A DNA stretch of 63,992 nucleotides, filler included, from an uncultured Myxococcia bacterium (GTDB lineage Bacteria; CAZTWC01), in the NCBI GenBank assembly GCA_964617105.1. It is 5 parts of 5 records of this genome, joined end to end, with 100 filler letters (N's around TTAATTAATTAA, not from the genome) between each part and the next. Parts side by side here need not be neighbours in the genome. Positions count along the whole stretch, not along the records: positions 42,850 to 56,651 come from CAZTWC010000075.1; positions 56,752 to 63,992 come from CAZTWC010000189.1; 3 more parts are not named here. The stretch is one strand, 5' to 3'. Position 1 is the stretch's first letter. Each line of letters begins with the position of its first letter. The translations under genes and the position numbers were made by a program. The notes under the pieces are model-generated. The model was not told where the DNA came from, did not search any database, and worked only from the letters and a program-made list of their open reading frames with translations. Below, in pieces: positions 52,671 through 62,861 of the stretch.

Positions 52671-54461
52671 TCAACCACCAATCTCCAGCACCACTTTCAT
52701 AAAATCTATCTCATGCGCATTGCGCAAAAGATGCGGCGGTTTCAGATGAGAATCAGGAGCTCCTGCTGCCACCTTTTTTATCCGAAACTGCTGGTATGAT
52801 CCAAAGGCCAACACCTGCAAGATCGGTGCTTCCAGCCTCAGTGAACCTCGTTTGGAGGAATATTCAATGTTGAACTCTTTTAAATTGTTGTCAAAGGAGA
52901 GCAAGAAATCGTTCAAAGTTTTCCGGAGGGATGGACTAAGGATCTCATTTTCATCGCCAATAAATTCGATTGCCAACTGGTAACGGGGTAATTCTCCCTC
53001 TTTGCTCCTGAGGGTAACCGTAAAACCATTAGCCGGCGGTAAAGGACTCTGCTTTAGGCTTTTCTCTACGGCCATTACCACCTGCCTCTCGGTAACTTTT
53101 TCTCCGGTAATGGAGATAATATTTCCCCCTTTGTGTAAAAACCTTACTAGCGGCGTCCGCTGATAAAAACCGGTAACCTGGACTATATCATTAATATTAT
53201 AGCGGTACATCCCGTTGGACGCGGTCACTATAATGTAATACTTTTCCCCCTCTTTTAGTTGGTGGGCCAGAAGAGTTTTAGCACCTTCAGTATTTTGCTG
53301 GTTTTCAGGTAAAAATTCAAAAAAATGACCACCTATTGCCAGTACTCCGTCATCGCTGGCCGCACTCAGGGGAATAGAAAAAGAGCCCTCGGTGGCTAAA
53401 AAGCCATAATCCATCACCGGCAAAACATCCAGATATTGCTTAAACTGCTCTAAATAAAAGGGTGCTGATCCCCCTTTCCAACTGAGTATGCCACACAATT
53501 GAGGCCATAATGCAGTTGGTTTTACCATACCCCACTGCTCCAAAGAGTGCCTGAGCCTTTGGGCCATCATTATATTAGGCTCCAGTTTATCCTCTAAACG
53601 CTTACATAATTTCTCGTCACTCCAAAAAGAGGCATTGATAGTTCCCTTCTCCAGGTCCTCAATCAAATCGGGAGCAAACTCGTCCAGTTTCTGGCACAAC
53701 AGTAGGATAGTGCTGGGATTGACCGCTGCCAGGATAGATATTTTCATCTCCAGAGCCATTCTAAGCAGCAGGTAATACTTGCTGTTGAAATCTTTAAGAT
53801 AAAAAACTTCCATGGGAATTTGCTGAAACTCCTCAAACCCTTCCATCCCTTGCTGGGAGGCTCCCATAGCCACGGTGATTGATCCGTAAGGAACCCCACC
53901 ACGAGTATGGCCGTCTATCTGAGGTGAATGGATGGTCAACAAACTGCCTCTCACCAGTTGGGGAAATTGAAGGGCAACCTGACGCATCCACACTTTGCGC
54001 CCTACCCGGTACTCTTCCAGATAACTTTTGGTAATGGGGATATATTTAGGTTTTCCGGTGGTGCCACTGGAACGGGCAAAAAAAGTTACTGGCTCAGAAG
54101 TTAAAACTTTGTTGGTCCCATTTACCATGGAATCCAGAAAGGGCTCAAACTGGCTATAATCCCGGATAGGCACCCATTGGCAATAACTTTCCCAGGAATT
54201 AATGGCAGCAAATCGATGTTCCCGGCCAAACTGAGTATCCCGATTTTCCCGCACAATCTTAAATAAAATTTGCTGCTGAACTTTTTCCGGATCGTTTGTA
54301 TAGTCAGAAAATTTTTTCCAGGAAGGAGTGAACACCAATTTTGCCATAGAACTGATGGCGCCAGGCGAGATATTGGGCAATATCTTATGCCAAAGTAATT
54401 GGATACTCTTTTGTCCCAGGGGATGTTGAAGTATCCTTTGTAAATTGATGGCCATAACCAT
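52671..54461 (-). CDS. GH3 (acyl-adenylate-forming, auxin-responsive promoter family) protein
   Basis: TQFGREHRF, VPIRDY, SSGTTGKPKYIP, FLATEG, FFEFLP, MYRYNINDIV, GEK. Confidence 0.92.
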   Translation of the reverse strand: MVMAINLQRILQHPLGQKSIQLLWHKILPNISPGAISSMAKLVFTPSWKKFSDYTNDPEKVQQQILFKIVRENRDTQFGREHRFAAINSWESYCQWVPIRDYSQFEPFLDSMVNGTNKVLTSEPVTFFARSSGTTGKPKYIPITKSYLEEYRVGRKVWMRQVALQFPQLVRGSLLTIHSPQIDGHTRGGVPYGSITVAMGASQQGMEGFEEFQQIPMEVFYLKDFNSKYYLLLRMALEMKISILAAVNPSTILLLCQKLDEFAPDLIEDLEKGTINASFWSDEKLCKRLEDKLEPNIMMAQRLRHSLEQWGMVKPTALWPQLCGILSWKGGSAPFYLEQFKQYLDVLPVMDYGFLATEGSFSIPLSAASDDGVLAIGGHFFEFLPENQQNTEGAKTLLAHQLKEGEKYYIIVTASNGMYRYNINDIVQVTGFYQRTPLVRFLHKGGNIISITGEKVTERQVVMAVEKSLKQSPLPPANGFTVTLRSKEGELPRYQLAIEFIGDENEILSPSLRKTLNDFLLSFDNNLKEFNIEYSSKRGSLRLEAPILQVLAFGSYQQFRIKKVAAGAPDSHLKPPHLLRNAHEIDFMKVVLEIGG

Positions 54462-54490
54462 AAAGGGAAAGTTTAAGGAGAAGTTGTCTC

Positions 54491-55153
54491 CTAAAAAATA
54501 TATCTAAAGGTGGGGAAAAAAGATATCGCTGGTATTCCCTGGGGCAATAGATAGTAAAAAGTAGTCCGAATCCCCACGGTAATATCTTTCATGTGAGTGA
54601 AGTATTCCACTCCGGTGGAAGCCATGACATTATAAGAGACACTATCCTGATCTAAAGAAGCCTTTGGAGATACCAGGGAGATACCGCCGCCAGTTTTAAA
54701 AATCCAGGCCCACCTTTCAGTAAAAAGGTAGTTAAAACCCACACCCATGGTAAAATTGGAGATGGAAAAATGCTTACTAGCCGGCTTTTTTCCCGAGTAG
54801 TTGACACTACCGTCAGGATTTAAAGTGTATTTGGCCACCGCGTTATTTTCCACTGACCCGTATGAGTAGTTAAAATAGGCGTTCATATAGTCGGTAAGAT
54901 CAAAAGCAAATTCCAGGCCTAAAAAAGGTTGGGCATTGGAATATCCCCTTTTACCAGCCACCGAGAGCATAGCGCCAATATTAGTTTCAATAGATGCACC
55001 CCGGGCAACTATATTATTCTGGGTCTTAAGAGTTGGAGCCGCAGCCGGTTGACTTTCTTCAGGTTTGCCTGGCGCATCCTCTGCAGCAGCCAGTCCAACC
55101 ATCCCCAACATCAACAATATACAAGTCCCTATCATACAGACTTTTTTCATCAT
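54491..55153 (-). CDS. Outer-membrane beta-barrel, GltH/CglE-like gliding motility protein
   Basis: Signal peptide, beta-strand pattern, C-terminal RYIF; GVEYFTHMKDITVG resembles recalled CglE motif; directly after a gltG-like gene. Confidence 0.6.
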   Translation of the reverse strand: MMKKVCMIGTCILLMLGMVGLAAAEDAPGKPEESQPAAAPTLKTQNNIVARGASIETNIGAMLSVAGKRGYSNAQPFLGLEFAFDLTDYMNAYFNYSYGSVENNAVAKYTLNPDGSVNYSGKKPASKHFSISNFTMGVGFNYLFTERWAWIFKTGGGISLVSPKASLDQDSVSYNVMASTGVEYFTHMKDITVGIRTTFYYLLPQGIPAISFFPTFRYIF

Positions 55154-55197
55154 GGTAATATCTTCCCTTATATTATTTTTAAAATGCGCCGCTATCA

Positions 55198-55324
55198 CTG
55201 AGGACGACGAGAGTAGTGCAGATGCAAGGCGTGGATAACGATTTACCCGCAGGCGTATAATAATACGCCGAGGATAAAATCGTTATCCGCAACGCAGCAG
55301 ATGCGCCGCTATCGTCGTCCTCAG
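55198..55324. repeat. Dispersed palindromic element, copy 3
   Basis: Terminal IR CTGAGGACGACGA/TCGTCGTCCTCAG; core CCGCAGGCGTAT-AATA-ATACGCCGAGG. Confidence 0.88.
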
Positions 55325-56649
55325 CCTGCTGACTTAAACACAAAGGGGTACGTAACATAAACACTCCCACCTCCACGAGGTTGAGGGAAACGCCAACGCC
55401 TAACCCTGCTCAACATGCATGATTCTACTGACCGGTTGTTCATGGAAGTTTCTTTCACCCTGGCGGATGTAACAATTCCTGTACCAGAGATGACAAATTT
55501 GACCAACACTTTACCGTAGAGATTAGGATTCTTGGAGAGTTCTTTTTCGTAACAGTACTTAATCTCCTTCAAATGCCTTCTGATCACCTTGCCGATCACT
55601 TCCTTGGACAGAGAACCTCTAACCACCGAAGCACCTGGATTTAGCCGTAGAAATCCTTTACCCCTGGAACCCAGATTGATGGAGCCATAACCACCGGATC
55701 CACCGGCCCGGCCATAAGTTCCCAATCCGCCAATTCCCAATCCGCCACCAACGCCTCCAGGTCCTGATCCCCTGGTACCCAGGCCAGCCAGGCCAGCAGC
55801 ATCACTTTCCTCACCCTTCAAGTTACCCATAGCCACATTAATACCAGTTCCCAGTCCTCCAGAGCCAAAAATGTTGGACATGGCACCGCCCTGTCCACTC
55901 TTCAACAACCCAAGAATTCCCGACTTAAGCGCTTTTTTACGGTCTTTCTCCCGCTTGTTTATATCGACCTTAACCGCTTTTACTTTTTTGTCCTCGGTTA
56001 CCTTGGGTTTCTCTTTTCCAAAATCTGTCTCTTTTTTCTCTTCTTCTTTCTTTTCGGCCAACTTTTTAAACCGCTTGGCCAACTTCTTTTTCTCTGGTGC
56101 TTTTATAATCAACTTTGCAAAACGGTCTGGTGTAGCAAATAGGTCTTCCCGCAACTTGTGAATGTCTGATGGAGTTATCATCAAGGCGATTAAAAATAAA
56201 ATATGCCCCAAAATGGACAAAAACAATATTTTGCCCAAATAGATATCCAATTTTTCTAAAAATGTAACTTTTTTAATTTTACCTGGCTTCATGTACCGGC
56301 CAGAAAATAGGATGTCACCTACTTGTATGGTACAAAAATCATTCAAGCCAATAGTGTAGGAAAAAATATCCTGCTGTTTATCTATCAGGTTAGCTTTTAA
56401 TAGCGCATCCCGGTCGTAAACTTGCTCGCCTCTTTTGACATGAAAATCCATCTGTTGATTAAAGGAGAGATTGAGTTCACCGTTTTTATTGCCCAACACC
56501 GGAAATAATTTCTCGCCAACTTTATCGGACTGCATCCTAAAGTCAGCCAGTTCTGAATCGCCGATAGTGAAATCTTTAGACATGGTTTTGGGCTGAATAT
56601 GATCTACTGACAGAGTTGACGGCCCCCAAAAAATGGAGAATTCTAATAC
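55321..56649 (-). CDS. GltG/PglI-like protein with AgmX/PglI (TonB-C) domain (5'-truncated)
   Basis: TM ending SILGH, PDRFAKLII, Lys/Glu linker, Gly-rich tract, IKYCYEKELSKNPNLYGKV...WRFPQPRGGG..VTYPF; frame open to the contig end. Confidence 0.8.
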   Translation of the reverse strand, partial: VLEFSIFWGPSTLSVDHIQPKTMSKDFTIGDSELADFRMQSDKVGEKLFPVLGNKNGELNLSFNQQMDFHVKRGEQVYDRDALLKANLIDKQQDIFSYTIGLNDFCTIQVGDILFSGRYMKPGKIKKVTFLEKLDIYLGKILFLSILGHILFLIALMITPSDIHKLREDLFATPDRFAKLIIKAPEKKKLAKRFKKLAEKKEEEKKETDFGKEKPKVTEDKKVKAVKVDINKREKDRKKALKSGILGLLKSGQGGAMSNIFGSGGLGTGINVAMGNLKGEESDAAGLAGLGTRGSGPGGVGGGLGIGGLGTYGRAGGSGGYGSINLGSRGKGFLRLNPGASVVRGSLSKEVIGKVIRRHLKEIKYCYEKELSKNPNLYGKVLVKFVISGTGIVTSARVKETSMNNRSVESCMLSRVRRWRFPQPRGGGSVYVTYPFVFKSAG

Positions 56650-56651
56650 CC

Positions 56652-56751
56652 NNNNNNNNNNNNNNNNNNNNNNNNNNNNNNNNNNNNNNNNNNNNTTAAT
56701 TAATTAANNNNNNNNNNNNNNNNNNNNNNNNNNNNNNNNNNNNNNNNNNNN
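56652..56751. other. Artificial contig linker
   Basis: N44-TTAATTAATTAA-N44. Confidence 0.98.
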
Positions 56752-56752
56752 C

Positions 56753-57952
56753 GTGCTGGTGGTTGAGCACGATGCTGACACCATAAGAGAGGCAGACTAC
56801 GTGTTGGATATGGGGCCAGGCGCTGGTGTGCATGGCGGTCAGGTGGTAGCCAGCGGCACAGTGGACCAGATCATTGATAACCAACAGTCCCTTACCGGCG
56901 CCTACCTGTCCGGACGGCTCAAAATAGAGATGCCTTCAGTTCAACGTTCTCCCCGGGGGCAATTGCAACTGGTGGGAGCCCGGGCCAATAACCTGAAAAA
57001 TATCCAGGTAGATTTTCCTCTGGGGGTGCTGTGCTGCGTCACTGGTGTTTCTGGTTCGGGAAAGAGTTCGCTGGTATTCGATACCCTGTATCCGGCTTTG
57101 AAGGAAAAGGTAAACCGGCGCTCCAAGTTGAATCCCAACCTCCCCTTAAAAGAGATTATCGGTTGGGAGCAGATAGACAAGGAGATAGATATTGATCAGA
57201 GTCCTATCGGCCGGACTCCTCGTTCAAATCCCGCTACTTATACGGGTCTTTTTACTTATATACGCGAGTTGTACGCAAAATTGCCAGAATCCAAAATGCG
57301 GGGATATAAGCCGGGACGTTACTCTTTTAATGTTAAGGGCGGACGCTGTGAATCCTGTCAGGGAGCCGGGCAATTACGTATAGAGATGCATTTTTTGCCC
57401 GATATTTTTGTGACTTGCGAAGCTTGCCAGGGCAGGCGTTACAATAGCAACACCTTAGAGATCAAGTTCAAGGGAAAAAATATTGCCGATATTCTGGATA
57501 TGACCATTGCTCAGGCGTACCAGTTTTTAGAGCATATTCCGGCTGCCCGCAAAAAACTGGAAACATTAATGGCCGTTGGTCTTGATTATATCACCCTGGG
57601 CCAGTCAGCCACTACTCTCTCTGGCGGCGAAGCTCAGAGGATTAAGTTAAGCCGTGAGTTGAGCAAAAGGAGCACCGGCAAGACTTTCTACATCCTGGAC
57701 GAGCCCACCACCGGTCTTCACTTCGAGGATATCCGGAAACTGCTGCAGGTTTTAAATCGTTTGGTGGACCAGGGTAATACCGTGTTGGTTATAGAGCATA
57801 ACCTGGATGTGATAAAAACCGCTGATTACATTATTGACCTTGGACCCGAAGGTGGCGATGGTGGCGGTCAGGTGGTGGCCCGGGGTACACCTTCCCAGGT
57901 GGCTCAAAATACGGATTCATTTACCGGCCAATTCTTAAAAGAGTTGCTTTGA
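56753..57952 (+). CDS. uvrA: Excinuclease ABC subunit A, C-terminal part (5'-truncated)
   Basis: [18 protein letters not shown], two Cxx[18 protein letters not shown]. Confidence 0.97.
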   Translation: MLVVEHDADTIREADYVLDMGPGAGVHGGQVVASGTVDQIIDNQQSLTGAYLSGRLKIEMPSVQRSPRGQLQLVGARANNLKNIQVDFPLGVLCCVTGVSGSGKSSLVFDTLYPALKEKVNRRSKLNPNLPLKEIIGWEQIDKEIDIDQSPIGRTPRSNPATYTGLFTYIRELYAKLPESKMRGYKPGRYSFNVKGGRCESCQGAGQLRIEMHFLPDIFVTCEACQGRRYNSNTLEIKFKGKNIADILDMTIAQAYQFLEHIPAARKKLETLMAVGLDYITLGQSATTLSGGEAQRIKLSRELSKRSTGKTFYILDEPTTGLHFEDIRKLLQVLNRLVDQGNTVLVIEHNLDVIKTADYIIDLGPEGGDGGGQVVARGTPSQVAQNTDSFTGQFLKELL

Positions 57953-57960
57953 GCAAGCCG

Positions 57961-59052
57961 TTAAAAAATATTTTTTCGGCAGCTAATATTTAAACATAGG
58001 GCGATCAGGAGCAGAAACATGGTTAGCGAGGAGCCGCCGTAACTCATAAAAGGGAGGGTAACTCCCACCACTGGGATTAATCTGGTGACCATGCAGATAT
58101 TGACAATAAGGTGCCAAAAGACCATGGCGGCTATGCCCACGCAAAGTAATATTCCGAATTTGTCCCTGGCGTTTCGGCCCACGTATATGATTTGAGTGAT
58201 CAGGGTTAAAAAGAGCAGTAACAACAGGGTGGCGCCCAAAAAGCCCCATTCCTCGGCCCAGACACTGAAGATAAAATCGGTGTGCTGTTCGGGCAAGAAA
58301 CGCAATTGAGTTTGGGTCCCTTCCGTTAAGCCTTTGCCCCAGAATTTACCACTACCAACTGCGATCATAGATTGGCGAGAGTGGTAATTGGCCCCTAAAA
58401 GGTCTCCTCCGGGATTTAAAAATGCAAAGATCCGCCTTTTTTGATAGGCCTTCAAAACCCAGAACCAGGCAACCGCCGACCCAGCCAACCCCAAAATAGC
58501 CAATTGCAAGAGAGAATATAGTCTGACCCTGACAAACAACACCATGGAGATAGCGATGGCAAATACCAAAATACCAGTCCCCAGGTCTGGCTCTTTCAAG
58601 ATCAAAGTCACCGGAATGGCGATTAAAATAAAAGGTTTAACTAACTCTCTAAGGTTGTATGACCCCCTGGATTTATGGTGGTGAAAATAGTGGGCCAGGG
58701 CAATAATAACCGCCACTTTGGCAAATTCAGAAGGTTGAAAACTTACCACTTTCAGATCGAGCCATCTTTGTGAACCACCTACCACTTTACCTTTGAAAAG
58801 TACTAGAATTAATAGAAAAATGGCCAGCAAATAGATAAAATAGGCAAACCTGTCCAATAGGCGGTAGTCTACGGCCATAACTATGGTCATTAGAGGAATG
58901 TTGAGTAGAAAATAGTAGAGTTGATGAATATAGAGATTACTGTTTTTAGCTATGGAGGCGGAATAAAGGTTAAGCAATCCGATAAGGCATATAGCTATGA
59001 GGTTGATTAGCAGAAGCCAGTTGAAATTTTTTAACAGGGAAGGTTTTTTCAT
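57961..59052 (-). CDS. rodA: Rod shape-determining peptidoglycan glycosyltransferase
   Basis: GSQRW, QPSEFAK, EPDLGT, FLPEQHTDFIF, LPFMSYGGSS. Confidence 0.95.
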   Translation of the reverse strand: MKKPSLLKNFNWLLLINLIAICLIGLLNLYSASIAKNSNLYIHQLYYFLLNIPLMTIVMAVDYRLLDRFAYFIYLLAIFLLILVLFKGKVVGGSQRWLDLKVVSFQPSEFAKVAVIIALAHYFHHHKSRGSYNLRELVKPFILIAIPVTLILKEPDLGTGILVFAIAISMVLFVRVRLYSLLQLAILGLAGSAVAWFWVLKAYQKRRIFAFLNPGGDLLGANYHSRQSMIAVGSGKFWGKGLTEGTQTQLRFLPEQHTDFIFSVWAEEWGFLGATLLLLLFLTLITQIIYVGRNARDKFGILLCVGIAAMVFWHLIVNICMVTRLIPVVGVTLPFMSYGGSSLTMFLLLIALCLNISCRKNIF

Positions 59053-59101
59053 TTATCCCATAGTTGCCGTCCGAGAAGTCACTTCGCCATCCTCAAGAGC
59101 C

Positions 59102-60235
59102 CTATTCCTGGGAGATTACGAAAGAAACATAGAAGGAGTTGCCGCTTTCTGAATCACTATCAAACCAGATTTGGCCTCCATACTGCTCAATTATCCGTTT
59201 ACAGAAAGGCAGCCCCGTCCCACCGTAATATTTACGGCCCACAGTCACTTCATCCAGCAGGCCAAAGCGCTGAAAAATTCTTGATTTTTGGCTGGTAGAG
59301 ATAGTTTTTCCAAAAGAGTGGAAACAGAGGATCACGGTTTCTTCCTCACCTTCCGGGCAACTGTTGTATAAATCTACTGTAACGGTTCGTTCTTTTTGAG
59401 TTATCGCACTTCGGATAGCATTGGAAAGCAGGTTTTCCACCACCCGGCCAATTAAATAGTCATCGCCTTCAATACTCTTTATATCCTCATCATAGTTTGC
59501 TTCTATCTCAATTTCAGCCTGATCTATCTGGTATTGTAATACCTGAATTTTGCTGGCAGTAATCATCTGCAAATCAAGGGATTTATTTTTAAAAGGATAT
59601 GTATTATCGTTGATCCGGTTTTCATCGAAGAGGTTGGTTATAGTGTTTACCACATCATAGAGGGAGAAAAAGGCTTTCTCAAAATGTTTGCGATGCTTGT
59701 CGTCCAAAAGGGAGCGAGTTTTCATCAAGCCCAACTGCAAGGCGCCGTATGATGAGATTAATGGGGTGCGGATGAATTTAGTTACCAATTTATTTAATTG
59801 GTCACCCAGGGCTATTTGGACATTAATGTCACTGTTATCGCCCTCCAACAGTTGGACATAGTGCCGTATCCGGGCCAAAGACCTTACTCGGGCGATTAAT
59901 TCCTGTTTGTCTATCGGCCGGTCTATGAAATCGTCCGCCCCCACTTGTTGACCTCGTAGTTTTTCATCGGTGGCATTGGGATCGGTGATTAAAATAATGG
60001 GAACTTTTTTCGTCCTCTGGCCGCTGCGTAACCACTTACATACATCATATCCACTAATTCCGGGCAGGGTTATATCGAGGATTATTACATCGGGAACATC
60101 ATGTCGGATGAAATTTAAAGCATCCTCCCCACTCGCTTCAGCATTGGTAGAGAATTCTGAATCGGGCAGGTAAGACATCAATATATTACACTCGGCGGGT
60201 TGCTTATCAACAAATAGAACTTTGGTCTTTTTCAT
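59102..60235 (-). CDS. Receiver domain plus degenerate histidine-kinase module (probable pseudokinase)
   Basis: REC ILDITLPG; H-box reads TKFIRTPL (no His); N-box ENLLSNA; G1 reads SFGKTI; G2 reads GTGLPF. Confidence 0.8.
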   Translation of the reverse strand: MKKTKVLFVDKQPAECNILMSYLPDSEFSTNAEASGEDALNFIRHDVPDVIILDITLPGISGYDVCKWLRSGQRTKKVPIILITDPNATDEKLRGQQVGADDFIDRPIDKQELIARVRSLARIRHYVQLLEGDNSDINVQIALGDQLNKLVTKFIRTPLISSYGALQLGLMKTRSLLDDKHRKHFEKAFFSLYDVVNTITNLFDENRINDNTYPFKNKSLDLQMITASKIQVLQYQIDQAEIEIEANYDEDIKSIEGDDYLIGRVVENLLSNAIRSAITQKERTVTVDLYNSCPEGEEETVILCFHSFGKTISTSQKSRIFQRFGLLDEVTVGRKYYGGTGLPFCKRIIEQYGGQIWFDSDSESGNSFYVSFVISQE

Positions 60236-60336
60236 AGGGGTAACTTTCTGCACATCCGGTAAAAGGGAAAGTAAATAATAACAATTTAGAACTTTACTTT
60301 ATTCCAGAATGATTTTTTGTGCAAATAAATTTGTCA

Positions 60337-60382
60337 TTGACTTTGCCCTACCCCCATGCTAGCCTGAATGAATGCTCATTCA
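60337..60382 (+). promoter_or_regulatory. sigma70 promoter overlapped by a FadR-type operator
   Basis: TTGACT-N17-TAGCCT (extended TG.); palindrome TGAATGA-ATGC-TCATTCA at 60365-60382. Confidence 0.8.
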
Positions 60383-60417
60383 TTTTTCTGTATTCAGTAA
60401 TTAGTGGAGATTCAGGC

Positions 60418-61011
60418 ATGAAAGATGCCGGTAAAAGGCAGCGAATAATCGATAGCGCAATAGCCGTTTTTGCAAAGAAGGGATTTTACAAGACCACGGT
60501 TTCGGAAATTGCCTCTTCCGCCAAGGTAGCTGACGGCACGATTTACCTTTATTTTAAAAGCAAGGAAGATATTTTAATAACTCTCTTTGAAGAAAAGATG
60601 AGTGGATTTCTTCAAATATTAAAGACCGAGTTAAAAGAGGTCGAAGATTGTAGTAAAAAACTGCGTCTATTTATCCTGAGTTATTTTAAGAATATCATAA
60701 ATAACCGAGATTTGGCCGAAGTGCTGACCATAGAGTTACGGCAGTCTCACAAGTTTATGAAAGACTACAAAAATCCATATTTTCATGATTACTTACAGTT
60801 TATCGAGGGGTTGATCCTGGAAGGGCAGAAGGCCGGGGTTTACAACAACCAATTACCGGCTAAAATGGTGGCGCGGTTTATTTTCGGTGCTTTGGATGAG
60901 ATTACTTTAAGATTTTCTCTGCAAAGTAAAAAGTGGAGTATAGATGATGCTCCCGGGCAGATTTTTTCCTTACTTTGTCAGGGATTGTGTATAGATAAAA
61001 ATAGCGCTTGA
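60418..61011 (+). CDS. TetR-family regulator, FadR(YsiA)-like
   Basis: HTH VADGTIYLYFKSKEDIL; IELRQS; upstream of etfBA. Confidence 0.88.
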   Translation: MKDAGKRQRIIDSAIAVFAKKGFYKTTVSEIASSAKVADGTIYLYFKSKEDILITLFEEKMSGFLQILKTELKEVEDCSKKLRLFILSYFKNIINNRDLAEVLTIELRQSHKFMKDYKNPYFHDYLQFIEGLILEGQKAGVYNNQLPAKMVARFIFGALDEITLRFSLQSKKWSIDDAPGQIFSLLCQGLCIDKNSA

Positions 61012-61073
61012 CTCATTTAAATATTAGTGTAATTTTCGAGTATAGTTTTTCACATTGTAAAGGAGGTTGACCC

Positions 61074-61826
61074 ATGAAAATATTGGTTACCTGCAAGCGG
61101 GTTGTAGACCCGGAAGCAAAAATCAAACTACTCAGTGACGGTAGCGGCATTGTTATGGATGGTATTAATTTTGCCATCAATCCTTTTGATGAAATAGCAG
61201 TAGAAGAGGCTATCAGAATCAAGGAGAAGGTAGGCGGAGAGATAGTGGCGGTAGCAATTGCCGGTGATGAAGCCCAACAGCAATTACGAACCATGTTGGC
61301 TATGGGTGCAGATAAAGCTATCCTGGTAAAAGAGGAGGGACCCATTGACTCCGATTTAGTGGCCAGGACGTTGGTAAAGATCGTTGAAAAAGAGCAGCCC
61401 GACTTGGTTCTTATGGGTAAACAGGCGGTAGACGATGATGCCAACCAGGCGGTTCAGTTGGTGGCTGAATACCTTGGTTATGGCCAGGCTTGTTTTGCCT
61501 CTGAGGTTGAGATGGCTGACGACCAGAAGTCGATACAGGTTACCCGCGAAGTTGACGGCGGCCTGGAGACCCTGAGTGTGCAACTGCCGGCCGTGATTTC
61601 GGCCGACTTGCGGCTTAACGAACCACGATTACCTAAACTGCCTAACATTATGAAGGCCAAGAAAAAACCTTTGGAATCCACCAGTTTTGCAGATTTGGGG
61701 GTAGAGCCCGATTTGTTGATAAAAACTTTAGGCCTGGAAGAACCGCCTTCCCGCAAGGCAGGAGAAATCGTTCCAGATGTGGATACCTTGCTGGATAAAT
61801 TGAAAAACGAAGCCAAGGTTATTTAG
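61074..61826 (+). CDS. etfB: Electron transfer flavoprotein beta subunit
   Basis: NPFDEIAVEEA, AMGAD, GKQAVD, REVDGG, LNEPR. Confidence 0.97.
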   Translation: MKILVTCKRVVDPEAKIKLLSDGSGIVMDGINFAINPFDEIAVEEAIRIKEKVGGEIVAVAIAGDEAQQQLRTMLAMGADKAILVKEEGPIDSDLVARTLVKIVEKEQPDLVLMGKQAVDDDANQAVQLVAEYLGYGQACFASEVEMADDQKSIQVTREVDGGLETLSVQLPAVISADLRLNEPRLPKLPNIMKAKKKPLESTSFADLGVEPDLLIKTLGLEEPPSRKAGEIVPDVDTLLDKLKNEAKVI

Positions 61827-61895
61827 CATAATAATATCTTAATAATATTATTGTCCTGAATTTATTCAGGGGTAGACTGATAAAGGAGTTGCAAA

Positions 61896-62861
61896 ATGGC
61901 AAATGTTTTGGTCTTTATAGAACTTTTTAAAAATCAGGTAAAAAATTCCAATTTGCCCACTATTTCCATGGCTAAGCAATATATAGCCGCCAATGGCGGC
62001 GAATTATATTTTGCCGTGCTGGGAAAAGATGTGGCTGATGCTGCCGAGAAGGTAAAAAAGTATGGTGCCAATAAAATATTTTTGGCGGATCATGCTGATC
62101 TGGAAAACTATTTAACTGAAACCTACGCCCATGTTCTTAACCATATTGTTACCAATAATGACGTAGGGTTAGTGGCCACAACCGCCAGTGCTATGGGTAA
62201 AGATTTGATGCCCAGGGTGGCTGGTAAGTTAAAATGCGCCATGGCCAGTGATATCGTGGATTTGGGTGATGCCCCCAATCTATTCAAACGGCCCGTGTAC
62301 GCCGGTAATGCTATTGCCCGGGTTGAATTGGCCACTGAGCAAAAAGTGGTGACTGTGCGGGCTACCGAATTTGATCCTGCTCCCGAAGATGAGAAGGGCG
62401 TCGAGATAGTGCCGGTGGAGTTTGATCTGGATATGTCAACCGTCAAAACCTCTTTTGTGAAATTTGATGAATCCGTATCGGAACGGCCAGATTTGACTGA
62501 GGCTTTTACTGTAATTGCCGCTGGACGCGGCGTTAAGGGTACGGAAGGTCTGCAATTGATTGAAGGGTTGGCAGACTTGCTCAAGGCCGCGGTGGGAGCC
62601 ACCAGAGCCTCGGTGGATGCGGGTTGGTGTGCCAATGACCTCCAGGTAGGTCAGACTGGAAAAATTATTGCTCCAGATTTGTATATTGGTTGCGGTGTTT
62701 CCGGTGCAATTCAGCATTTGGCCGGGATGAAGGGCTCCAAAGTGATCGTTGCCATCAACAAAGACGAAGAAGCACCGATTTTTAGTGTTGCCGATTACGG
62801 ATTGGTGGCAGATCTATTTAAAGCAGTTCCCGAAATGATTGAAAAGTTGAAAGCAGGGTGA
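61896..62861 (+). CDS. etfA: Electron transfer flavoprotein alpha subunit
   Basis: [38 protein letters not shown]. Confidence 0.97.
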   Translation: MANVLVFIELFKNQVKNSNLPTISMAKQYIAANGGELYFAVLGKDVADAAEKVKKYGANKIFLADHADLENYLTETYAHVLNHIVTNNDVGLVATTASAMGKDLMPRVAGKLKCAMASDIVDLGDAPNLFKRPVYAGNAIARVELATEQKVVTVRATEFDPAPEDEKGVEIVPVEFDLDMSTVKTSFVKFDESVSERPDLTEAFTVIAAGRGVKGTEGLQLIEGLADLLKAAVGATRASVDAGWCANDLQVGQTGKIIAPDLYIGCGVSGAIQHLAGMKGSKVIVAINKDEEAPIFSVADYGLVADLFKAVPEMIEKLKAG

